From Eledone cirrhosa (taxonomy: Eukaryota), in NCBI GenBank assembly GCA_964016885.1, contig OZ024742.1, positions 9,610,001 to 9,674,000 on the forward strand: a stretch of 64,000 nt of DNA, read 5' to 3'. Position numbers and translations under genes: made by a program. The notes beneath the pieces are model-generated. The model saw only the letters and a program-made list of their open reading frames with translations, had not been told where the DNA came from and made no database searches. Position 1 is the first letter of the stretch. Each line of letters begins with the position of its first letter. Shown here piece after piece: positions 52,142 through 64,000 of this stretch.

Positions 52142-52857
52142 AAACAACTGCCAATCCACTGCCAAACAACTGACGATCCACTGCTAAACAACTGACGATC
52201 CACTGCCAAACAACTTCCAATCCACTGCCAGACAACTGCCAATCCACTGCCAAACAACTGCCAATCAACTACCAAACAACTTCCAATTCACTGCCAGACA
52301 ACTGATGATCCACTGCCAAACAACTTCCAATCCACTGCCAAACAACTTCCGATCCACTGCCAGACAACTGCCAATCCACTGGCAACCAACTTCCAATCCA
52401 CTGCCAAACAACTGCCAATCCACTGCCAAACAACTGCCAAGCCACTGCCAAACAACTTCTAATCTACTACCAAACAGCTGCCAATCCACTGCCAAACAAC
52501 TGCCAAACCACTGTCAACCAACTTCCAATCCACTGCCAAACAACTGCCAATCCACTGCCAAACAACTGCCAAACCACTGTCAAACGACTTCTAATCTACT
52601 ACCAAACAGCTGCCAATCCACTGCCAAACAACTGCCAAGCCACTGCCAAACAACTTCTAATCTACTACCAAACAGCTGCCAATCCACTGCCAAACAACAG
52701 CCAATCCACTGGCAACCAACTTCCAATCCACTGCCAAACAACTGCCAATCCACTGCCAAACAACTGCCAAGCCACTGTCAAACAACTTCTAATCTACTAC
52801 CAAACAACTTCCAATCCACTGCCAAACAACTGCCAATCCACTGACAATCTACTGCAA
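52131..52857. repeat. 22-bp minisatellite (CCAATCCACTG-CCAAACAACTG, 11-bp subunits)
   Basis: Directly visible; the ORF track shows 22-aa (66-bp) higher-order periodicity. Confidence 0.93.
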
Positions 52858-53964
52858 AGTCCACCAGGACATTTGAACTCAGAACGTGAAAATCCGAAAT
52901 ATCAGCCTAAACACTTGTGCGACGTCTCTGCCAATCCATTGACTTCGATCTATGTTATGATAGAACTAAAGAGTGGAAGTGACACTGTTTATCGTATATA
53001 ACAAGATTCGAAGACGGAATTCAGTTTAGGAGTTATACAGATGCATAAAGTTTCATTATATTATATTTTATTCATTTGATTTCTCCCAAATATTTCACAT
53101 AGTTCTGCGAGAGAGAATCAATTTACTTTGAATTTAATTAATTTTAATTAATTTACATAAACAGTTCCGACATAAAATCTATAGCTTTATTCTGTACTAT
53201 ATCATAGCATGAAAAAACAAACACTACTAACGCATCAGTAATTAATAAAATCAATTTACTATCTAATCTACTTTAGAAAAACTATTTCTACCAGATAGAG
53301 AGAGCAAGGAAAAAGAACATTCGCATATACATACACACAACTGCATTAAACATACAAATATATACGTGTACATATATACATACACGCATACATTTATACA
53401 TGCATATACGGATACATACATAAGTACTTACATACATACATGCATACTGTCGTAGATACGTACATATATATATATATATATACGTACGTGTATACATATA
53501 CACACACATGCATAGATTCGTATACACAGACATTCACACATACATATACTTATACATATATTTATATACATATACACTATGTTTCTGTGTACTTGGGTGT
53601 CTGTGTGTGAATGTGTGTGTGTGTGTGAGTTGTGTGTGAGTGTTTGAATGTGTGTATGTGTGAATATGTATATATCAGCACTTCCAATACAGCGTAGACA
53701 TACCTTAACGTAGGCACTGTTAAACATTCAACATAGGAGAGACAACCGCAGCTCCACTGAACACAATATTGGGTCAGTATTTTATAATGAGTTTTAATAA
53801 TATTTTCCTAAGATATACTGCCATGATCTTCACCTTTGAGATTTCTCTAAAATATTATTAACACATTCGATTAACATATACATACAGCTAAACATTAAAA
53901 CGTTCATAAATACGTAGACACACACACACATACATGTATGCATATAAATACACATTTATATATG

Positions 53965-54030
<66 letters not shown>

Positions 54031-54034
<4 letters not shown>

Positions 54035-54295
54035 GCATTTGAAGTTTTTCCAAATTGAAGGATAGGTATCTTGAACTTAATTTTATCATGAATTAAGGCT
54101 CTATTGATTTTTCCCTGGATTTCAATAAACTCTGTGGATGAATTTATATCCTGATTCTCTTTAGGATGAGTTTAAATTATTTTTCCCACATCTTACGTTA
54201 ACTATTTTCCCCATTTTGACGCTATAGTCACTTATATACTATGGAATGCTGTTCGCTTTTCGCTGCAGTGTTTTCTATACATTTCATTTATATAT
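54031..54295 (+). repeat. Dispersed ~260-bp repeat, copy 2
   Basis: Homologous to 46530-46790. Confidence 0.75.
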
Positions 54296-54502
54296 TTATT
54301 GATTTTTTATCTGAGTGTCCCGAATCTTCCAGATCGCAACTTTTCAGTCGTATGGTTGATTATAGACTTGTTCTATGTGTGACGGTATTTTAACGATAGT
54401 TATAGCTCTGATTTATCTAAATTATTGAGCCCTCTGCCGCTCATATCGGATTTTGTTTATCGTGAACTCGTGCGCCGATTTTTCGATACTCGATTATTCT
54501 AC

Positions 54503-54632
<130 letters not shown>

Positions 54633-54635
54633 CAT

Positions 54636-54670
<35 letters not shown>

Positions 54671-54872
54671 GTATTAAGGATACTATTTATGGTTATGTAT
54701 ATACTAAAACCTTTTATAGTTATATATATTTTAAACCCTAAATAGTGAAAGACAGTAATTTATTACTACCTTATTACCAGTAAGATAAATAGCTCAATGT
54801 AACAACATCACCAGTTCTACAGAGCAGTTATATAGAAATTACATGAATCAAAGTTCTGTTTAAATCATTTAT

Positions 54873-54921
54873 TTGCTTACAATTGTTTCTTCGAAACCGA
54901 GGTTTGGGGTCTTCGAAGCAA
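54873..54921 (-). ncRNA. Degenerate hammerhead in inverted pLTR
   Basis: TTGCT, TCGAAGA, hairpin, GAAA, CAATTG, TA, AGCAA. Confidence 0.6.
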
Positions 54922-55002
54922 TTTTTCAATGATTGTTTACATACATGACCTCCTTTTCAACACAAGAGACATACAGAAACATATGTATATATTGATGCAC
55001 AT

Positions 55003-57030
55003 AAAAGATACAAGAAAACTACTATGAAAAATTTAGAAGATATTAATATGGAAGGCTATAATATAGTGTCCAAACTAGGACTTCAGAGACATACACAACC
55101 ATATACCCCAAACCCCCCTAGATTCTCTCTGAAGGACCATAAGGAGGACTTCATTAGCAACCCCTCGATTAGACTTATCTGCCCTTCCAAGTCTGACATT
55201 GGCATTATCAGTAAGAAAATTTTAGATAAAATCATCCCACAGATTAAACACAAGATATACCTTAAACAATGGGGAAATACGGGTGAAGTTATTGAATGGT
55301 TCAAAGATATCAAGGATAACAAGAATAAAAAATGTATTCAATTTGATATCAATTCATACTACACCTCTATTTCCCCTATCCTATTAAATAAGGCACTAAT
55401 CATGGCCATGGACAATAGTGACCTGACTAGACCCCAGATTGATGTCATACTTGCAGCCCGTAAAACCGTAATCACCTTTGAAGACCAATTATGGACCCGC
55501 AAAGTTACGCAAAACAACTTCGACATAACCATGGGATCTAGTGACTCGGCGCAGGTCACTGATTTGGTCGGCCTATATTTACTTAACGAAATCCAGAAGG
55601 ACCTTCCATACCTCAACGGTGGTTTGTACCGCGATGATGCACTTCTACTTATAGACTATAAAAAATTCAATATAGAAAGAACTAGAAAACTATTGCACAA
55701 GACATTCAAAAACTATAACCTTAGTATTACCATGGACAAAAACACTAAAAACGTTAACTTCCTGGACGCCACCCTCTAACTAGACTAAAAGATATATACA
55801 CCTTTCCATAAACCTAATGAAAAACTCATTTATGTAGATACCAAGTCTAACCACCCTAGATCAATATTAAACTTTATCTCTAAGGGAGTATCCAATAGAA
55901 TCTCTAATCTATCTTATGACGTAAACATATTTAGCAAAAACTCGCAGTATTATAACCAGGCATTAGCTAGATCAGGCCATAATATAGAGATCGAGTTCCT
56001 ACATACAAAAACACATAGCTACAACATTATTTCGCACAATATGTCCATGAGGAAATTTAGTAATAAGAATAGCAACCACACACACACTAATACGGAAGAT
56101 GCCAACAAAATTAACCCACACCACAGAAATTCCCATAGTACCGTAAAAGCAAACAACTCACCAGACATAAAAAACAAAAATAGAAGAAGAAATAATACAT
56201 TTTTCAACCCTCCTTTCAATCTAAACGTCTCTACCAACCTACCTAGGGCTTTCTTCTCACTACTAGATAAAAACTTCCCATCTGGTCACAAGTACCATAG
56301 CCTTTTAAACAAAAACACTATTAAAATTTCCTACTCTACTACGCCTAACATAGCATACCACATAGCTAGTAGCAATAAAAGAAAAATTAATTCTTACTTC
56401 CAACAAACTAAATCACAATAGACGATAAACCTTCAAAATAACATTATATCAACTAACCCTAATAACAATAGAAATAATAGTAATAGCACTAGTGTAAGCA
56501 ATAACGTTGGGAACGACAACCCCCATAACCATAATCCTATAGCTACCATCCAGACTTCTACACAACATAATAACCGGCAGACTAACACCCAGAATAATTG
56601 TGACTGTAGATCAAATAGAACCTGCCCTTTAGATAAAAAAAATGCTTAATCAAGGATATCATATACTCATGCACCGTCACAACTAGCAACTCTTCTGAAA
56701 CCTATATAGGCTCTACTTCAAACTGCTTCAAAACCAGATACAATTCGCACCTCCACTCTTTCAAAAAAACACAGTCTAGCCAACTCCACTTCACTATCTA
56801 GCTACATACACTATCTAAAAACTAAAAATAAATCTGATACACTTAAATGGGAAGTGATAGGTAACGCGACATCGTACAAACCGCCTAATAAATGTTGTAA
56901 CCTCTGTCTACTAGAGACCCATACTATTATCTTCTCAAACCATAACCTCCTTAATAAAAAATCAGAAGTGTTCGCGTCTTGCCAGCACCGCTTCCGAAAC
57001 TGCTTCCAAAACATTAAACCCAATATATAA
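55003..57030 (+). pseudogene. Naiad-like PLE RT + GIY-YIG, with stops/frameshifts
   Basis: LKDHKEDF, RLICPSKSDIG, FDINSYY, FDITMGSSDSA, LYRDD, FNPPF, KISYS, CDCR..CPL, IIYSC..YIGST..FKTRY..H, CNLCLLE, LLNKKSE..CQH. Confidence 0.93.
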
Positions 57031-58501
57031 CAATGTCAGACTTGAACTCGTCACCACCTCTAGCAACAAACCTCAAGGGCACACCTTACACCACATCTCC
57101 ACACTCATTGATCCACTTTAACACAAATAGTGACATCCTCCTAGTACCTTTTACCCTAGAGATATCCCCATGTACATCTACTTTTGGTATATTTGCCTTC
57201 AATTACTTAGAATACATTACACCACTATATAATTAATGTAAACTGTAAACACTGAATTGGTTGTGCTAATGTTGTTCTGTGCATGGAGTGCCATCATTGG
57301 ATAAATGGAAGATTAATTAATTTATTAACATAAAAGAGCTATATAACCTATATGCTGAGTGCAATGAACTATGTACAAGTGATATATGAGTTATACATAC
57401 ATGTATGACTTGATGGTCAGATTATTGACATTGTAAGTGAGAATTGATCTCTGGTCTACCCTAGTGATATTTAACTTTGCCATGCAATCAGACATGCACT
57501 GACCCAGAGCTTACCAGGAGTTATATATAGAAGTGATTCTAATAAAACCCTTCCAGGTTCTGCGGGTAGACTACAATGACAAAGATCATTGATTTGGGGA
57601 TCTGACTCTTCATGTAGAATATTCAGTTGTGGCACTCTATGATAGAAGGTAATCATCCTAATATGAACACCTTTAGTACTTCTTGATAGACTACACTGTA
57701 ATTTATAGATAAGATACTTAAATTTAGAAACTGTTTATAACCTTATATGATAGGGACTCATTTGAGACACCATTTAATGTACATTAGGATAATAAATTTA
57801 GTTATAGAAATCAACTAGTTACCTCCCCTCACGCATTAACTCCCCTTAATCACACACACACTTCCGGAAAATAATACGATGTCAATTCTCGCAACAAAAA
57901 CAACCTGCTCTATAAAATTGGATTAAAGAACAACAAGCTGTAATATTCTAACATAATTCATCAAACATCCAATATTGAATCATCGTAGATTATGTGAAGG
58001 ACATATAATCTATATATTACGTTTCCTGGATTGTGAAAATGGTGGTGTATACGAAAACCATAACAGTGTTTTGCTTCTCATTTTTAATATTTTTATTTTT
58101 ATATTTCTCTACACACAACCTTCTATATCATACATATAAAAAAAGACTTTACCAATACAACACCCATAATACTCTTGATTGCCCGCTTAAACTGCTTGTA
58201 TTACATATAACACCCTGCCGCACTATAATCTTATATAAATAAGACACACGTGCATGCCCCACGTGTAACTATTGCATACACTAACTACTTCAAACTATCC
58301 TCTTGCTTTATCTTCGTAAACTGCCAATGTTGTATTTTAAATTTAATTTTGTCCTTTAATATGACTTTAATCTTTGAATGTAAATTGCCATGCTAAAATA
58401 TTATAATGGATGTCAACCCACTGTGCATCAATATATACATATGTTTCTATATGTCTCTTGTGTTGAAAAGGAGGTCATGTATGTAAACAATCATTGAAAA
58501 A

Positions 58502-58549
58502 TTGCACCGAAGACTCCAAACCTTCGGTTTGGAAGATACAATTATAAGC
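58502..58549 (+). ncRNA. Degenerate hammerhead in 3' pLTR
   Basis: CCGAAGA, TCCAAACC-TTC-GGTTTGGA, GATA, CAATTA, TA, AGC. Confidence 0.55.
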
Positions 58550-58778
58550 GAAAAAAAGGTTTAAACATAACTTTGATTCATGTAATTTCTATATAACTGC
58601 TCTGTAGAACAACCGATGTTATTACATTGAGCTATTTATCTTACTGGTAATAAGGTAGTAATAAATTAGTGTCTTTCACTATTTAGGGTTTAAAATATAT
58701 ATAACTATAAATGGTTTTAGTATATACATAACCATAAATAGTATCCTTAATACTATATGTATATATATATGTATATAT

Positions 58779-58914
<136 letters not shown>

Positions 58915-58931
58915 ATGTGTGTGTGTGTGTA

Positions 58932-60277
<1,346 letters not shown>

Positions 60278-60469
60278 TAGTTTTGCGAGGTTTTTATATG
60301 AAATCGTGTGTCGAAACAGATATTGTTATACTTGGGGAGGGTCATATTTGCGTAATATTGCCAGAATTAATAACAGAACACACTCACTGTTTGGTTGGTT
60401 TTCGCTTCTCGCTGTCTTTTATTATATCTGCGATCTAACTTACTCGGTCCTCAATGTTGCCATATCCGT

Positions 60470-63400
60470 ATGAGTGATGTAAAACTACCGGAAGAATTTA
60501 CCAATGACCACACAGTAAATATCTATGGGAACACTTTAATCAGCGAACAAGAACAACAAATCCTAAGGTTACCACCAAAATTTGCCATCTACAAAAAGAT
60601 TAACCCTATGGAATGCAAAACGGAGCTGGAAAAGTGTTTCACAAAAATACGTTGGAATGCAAAGGTAAACAACAACAACAATAATAACGGTAATAATAAT
60701 ATAAACAATAACTCTGGGTATAGAAATAACAGCCATAACCATAACAATGGCAGGGAAGTGAGAAATAGTGATAATGGCAACAATACTAGCGATAGACGGA
60801 ACAACAACAACCACAATAATAATAATAATAGAAACGTTAACCACAGACACAGCAACAGTGACCACAGTAGTAATAACGGTAACAATACGAACAACAACAA
60901 CAATAACCACAGTGGTAATAATGAAAATAGTACATGTAGCAACATCAACAAAAACAAGAAACATAATAATAGTAACAACCACAATGGTAGAAATAGCAGT
61001 AACAACAACAACAATAACGGTGAAGTAAACAACAATACATCTAGCAATCATAACAATAATAATAATAATGCTAATGATAGAAACAACAACAACCACCATG
61101 ATAACAATAATAGCAACACACACAACTATGACGATAGAAATAACGACAACCCCTTAGAGAAACTATTTTTCAACCCAGCTGACAAAACATATACGATGGG
61201 TAATATCTATCCTACGAGGTTTCCCTTTAATAAAAGAGTTTGCATACCACAGCAAATAGATGACGAGACGGAGGCACAGTTCACCATAGCTAGAAATAAG
61301 ATTAGACAGGTAGTAGACAGGTACACTATGAGACAGAGCAGACCAGAGGCCCAACAACTTGGGAGAAAACCTGTAGAAGGCTTGGTTAGCCTCAAGCAGC
61401 GCACAAGGGATGGTGAGGTAGTGTGTCTACCCACAGATAAGTCTGGTAGGATGTCAATAGATAGCATGCCGAACTACATCGAGGCAATGCAACCCCACAT
61501 CACCAACACGAGCGAAGTTGCACAAATAACACACGATGAGAGAGAAAAAATCCTCAACGCTCACATGATGATGTGGACTGACATCCTAAAGCCAAGCAGA
61601 CGCACTGCCAACAACTTCCAGGCGTCTAACAATGGCATACCACCCTTGTATGGGCTCCGCAAAGACCACAAGACAGTCGACGACCCGACAACAGGACCAC
61701 CAACAAGACCCGTATGCGGAGCTAATATAGCTAGCAACTACAGGATCTCCTACTTCCTCTCAATGGTTATACGCCTCATAATCAAGATGTCCCCAGATGT
61801 ATGTGAAAGTACAGAGGACCTCCTCAGCAGAATCAGTGAGTGCAACAAAAACAGGAGCCTATCCAACTGCATAATAGGCAGCATGGATGTAGTGTCACTG
61901 TACCCATCCATTAACATTGATTTTGCTGTGAAAAGATGTGTGGAGATGATCATTGAGAGTGAGGTGGAGTTCTGCGACGTCGACACAGACGAACTGGGCC
62001 TCCTACTTAGACTTACCTACGACACTGACTACCTAGACAGCCATGACCTTAGATGTTTCTGCCCTAGTAGACCTATAAGAGGTAGACCCCCCACCATAAC
62101 CTCAATGGCTAAAAAGACTCCCATAGGAAGGTGGATTGGGTGGACCAAAGCCATACGGACCCCCCAAAACACTGATCAGGTAAGAAAAATGGTCGCACAT
62201 GCAATAGGGGCTAGTATCAAAACTACCCTAAAGGGCCACATATTTAAGTTCAATGAGAAAATCTACACCCAAAATGAGGGAGCAGCCATCGGCGTCAGCA
62301 TAGCTGGTGATGTTGCCAACCTTTTCATGGTATGGTGGGAAAGGAGACTTAAATATCTCCTTAATGAAAGCTCCATAGACCTCATCACGTACTCTCGTTA
62401 TGTAGATGATATCAATATAGTTATAAGAACACCCCCACTAGAGAGCACTAACAAGTTCGATTTAGAACGTAGCACGATGGAAAGCATCCAGCAGATAGCT
62501 AATTCCATACACCAGAGTATAACTGTAACTATAGACTTCCCTTCCAAACACCCTAACAATAGACTACCTGTATTAGACACAGAACTCTGGATTAACACTA
62601 TAGACGAGAGAGCCCAAATTCTCCACTCACACTATGCTAAACCCATGGCCTCCAAATACCTGATACTCAAAAACTCAGCAATGTCCAGTAGTGCTAAGTT
62701 TAATATTCTGATCGCAGATTTGCTACGAGTGATGAAGAATGTGTCCAGCATGTGCGACCCAACAGAAAGGGAAGGACACATCCAACACTTCATCAACCGC
62801 ATGCAGTTCTCTGGCTACAACCAAAGAGACAGAGTCAGAGTATACGAAGGAGCCATGGAAAAGTATAAGACCCTCATAGAACTGGACATGAAAGGAATCT
62901 GCCCACTATACAGGAGCAAATCATGGAATAGCTTAGATAGGGCTAGACATAAGATAGGGAAGGCCACATCATGGTACGACAACCAGAGATATCAGAGTGT
63001 CATGTTTGTGGACGCCACCCCTGGAGGGAAATTAGCTAACCAGTGTAGAAATGCCCTGAGAAAGACCCACTTAAAAATAAAGGTGGTAGAAAAGCCAGGA
63101 ACCACCATAAAATCCCTGATCAGCAAAACCTACCCTTTTAAGAAAACCCACTGTACCAATAGGAAGTGTATCATATGTAAGGTGAACCCCCGGATAAACT
63201 GTAAAACTAGAAACGTAGTCTATAGCATAAGATGTACAGAGGGTACTTGCAGAAACATGACAACAACATACATAGGTGAGACAGCTCGTAGCATAGGTGA
63301 AAGGATAGACCAACACTGGGGGGAACTAAAAGGACGAAAAAACGGGTCAGTACTATACGAACATGCTAGACAACAACATGACGGTAACATAGACAACATA

Positions 63401-63556
63401 GAAATTAGAATAATATCTAAACATAGGAATGACCCAGCAGATAGGCAAATCAGAGAGGCCAGTGAAATAGAAATTAGAAGACCAAAGCTAAACAGAAAGA
63501 ATGAGTGGAACAACAACAACACCCAAACAAACAACACTGACCTAAGAGAAGTATAA
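60470..63556 (+). CDS. PLE reverse transcriptase + GIY-YIG endonuclease (1028 aa from first Met; N-terminus truncated)
   Basis: [41 protein letters not shown], CxxxxCxx[24 protein letters not shown]; no stops. Confidence 0.92.
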   Translation: MSDVKLPEEFTNDHTVNIYGNTLISEQEQQILRLPPKFAIYKKINPMECKTELEKCFTKIRWNAKVNNNNNNNGNNNINNNSGYRNNSHNHNNGREVRNSDNGNNTSDRRNNNNHNNNNNRNVNHRHSNSDHSSNNGNNTNNNNNNHSGNNENSTCSNINKNKKHNNSNNHNGRNSSNNNNNNGEVNNNTSSNHNNNNNNANDRNNNNHHDNNNSNTHNYDDRNNDNPLEKLFFNPADKTYTMGNIYPTRFPFNKRVCIPQQIDDETEAQFTIARNKIRQVVDRYTMRQSRPEAQQLGRKPVEGLVSLKQRTRDGEVVCLPTDKSGRMSIDSMPNYIEAMQPHITNTSEVAQITHDEREKILNAHMMMWTDILKPSRRTANNFQASNNGIPPLYGLRKDHKTVDDPTTGPPTRPVCGANIASNYRISYFLSMVIRLIIKMSPDVCESTEDLLSRISECNKNRSLSNCIIGSMDVVSLYPSINIDFAVKRCVEMIIESEVEFCDVDTDELGLLLRLTYDTDYLDSHDLRCFCPSRPIRGRPPTITSMAKKTPIGRWIGWTKAIRTPQNTDQVRKMVAHAIGASIKTTLKGHIFKFNEKIYTQNEGAAIGVSIAGDVANLFMVWWERRLKYLLNESSIDLITYSRYVDDINIVIRTPPLESTNKFDLERSTMESIQQIANSIHQSITVTIDFPSKHPNNRLPVLDTELWINTIDERAQILHSHYAKPMASKYLILKNSAMSSSAKFNILIADLLRVMKNVSSMCDPTEREGHIQHFINRMQFSGYNQRDRVRVYEGAMEKYKTLIELDMKGICPLYRSKSWNSLDRARHKIGKATSWYDNQRYQSVMFVDATPGGKLANQCRNALRKTHLKIKVVEKPGTTIKSLISKTYPFKKTHCTNRKCIICKVNPRINCKTRNVVYSIRCTEGTCRNMTTTYIGETARSIGERIDQHWGELKGRKNGSVLYEHARQQHDGNIDNIEIRIISKHRNDPADRQIREASEIEIRRPKLNRKNEWNNNNTQTNNTDLREV

Positions 63557-63840
63557 ATAAGTAAATAAAATTAAATAAAATAAGATAAATAAATACATAC
63601 ACAGGCACAATAACAACAAGCACAACAAGCACATAAACACACACTAGTCACCCAGCAGACACAACACTACACACTAGTCACACATCACACATAACACTAT
63701 ACACACACGCAATCGCATGCGCAAAGAAGACAAAATAAAATAAGATAAACAAACAAGCAAATAAATAAATAAATATATAGACAGACTGAATAAAAAATGG
63801 CGTAGGCATACAACACAACAGGAGGAACAATGAACATAAC

Positions 63841-63880
63841 ACCACTGACGATGTTGCAGATGTGCAACGAAAGATTTATG
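63841..63880 (+). ncRNA. Minimal hammerhead motif in 3' pLTR
   Basis: CTGACGA-T-GTTGCA-GATG-TGCAAC-GAAA; stems I/III minimal. Confidence 0.6.
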
Positions 63881-64000
63881 TAAATTATGTAAACTATATA
63901 TATATATGTGTGTTTGTGTCTATATTGTATCTGTATTATTTTTGACCGCCGGTCAGTCAATGGCAACATTGAGGACCGAGTAAGTTAGATCGCAGATATA

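Larger units (their letters stand above)
54671..58753 (+). mobile_element. 5'-truncated Naiad-like PLE (second family) bounded by ~330-bp inverted pLTRs
   Basis: 54671-55001 is the inverse of 58422-58753; RT + GIY-YIG inside; (TA)n flanks. Confidence 0.93.
60278..64000 (+). mobile_element. Young Neptune-like PLE family A, 5'-truncated with inverted pLTR; runs off the right edge
   Basis: 60278-60463 is an inverted pLTR (60423-60462 = reverse complement of 63961-64000); intact ORF follows. Confidence 0.95.

Noticed and set aside
53699-53765. Possible 53-nt minus-strand exon (TTCAG...AAG|GTATGT)
   Set aside because: Splice-like signals only; short peptide with no recognisable homology
54671-58753. 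DNA transposon suggested by long TIRs
   Set aside because: Interior is RT + GIY-YIG with no transposase; the arms carry HHR motifs, so they are inverted pLTRs
60395-60463. N-terminus of the 1053-aa ORF as native protein
   Set aside because: It is antisense pLTR; the native N-terminus is seen at 40841

Overview
Repeat-dominated eukaryotic DNA. The dense (TA)n/(CA)n tracts and the SINE, RTE and Penelope families suggest a cephalopod (Octopus-like) genome; this is inference. No host gene is confidently visible. Positions 1-22.5 kb are a 45-bp satellite with layered higher-order repeats, and its ORFs are artefacts. The rest is a patchwork of elements, mostly inserted in microsatellites. It includes a full-length Tx1/L1-clade LINE and several families of Penelope-like elements (PLEs: RT + GIY-YIG), both Neptune-like and Naiad-like. 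One PLE has an uninterrupted ~1030-codon ORF. Most PLE ends carry minimal hammerhead ribozymes (HHRs), and four copies have an inverted 5' pLTR. There are also small fold-back remnants centred on HHR-like sequence, a near-perfect 623-bp structured tandem array, RTE and CRE LINE 3' fragments, tRNA-derived SINEs, a SINE-derived minisatellite and a non-autonomous Helitron.
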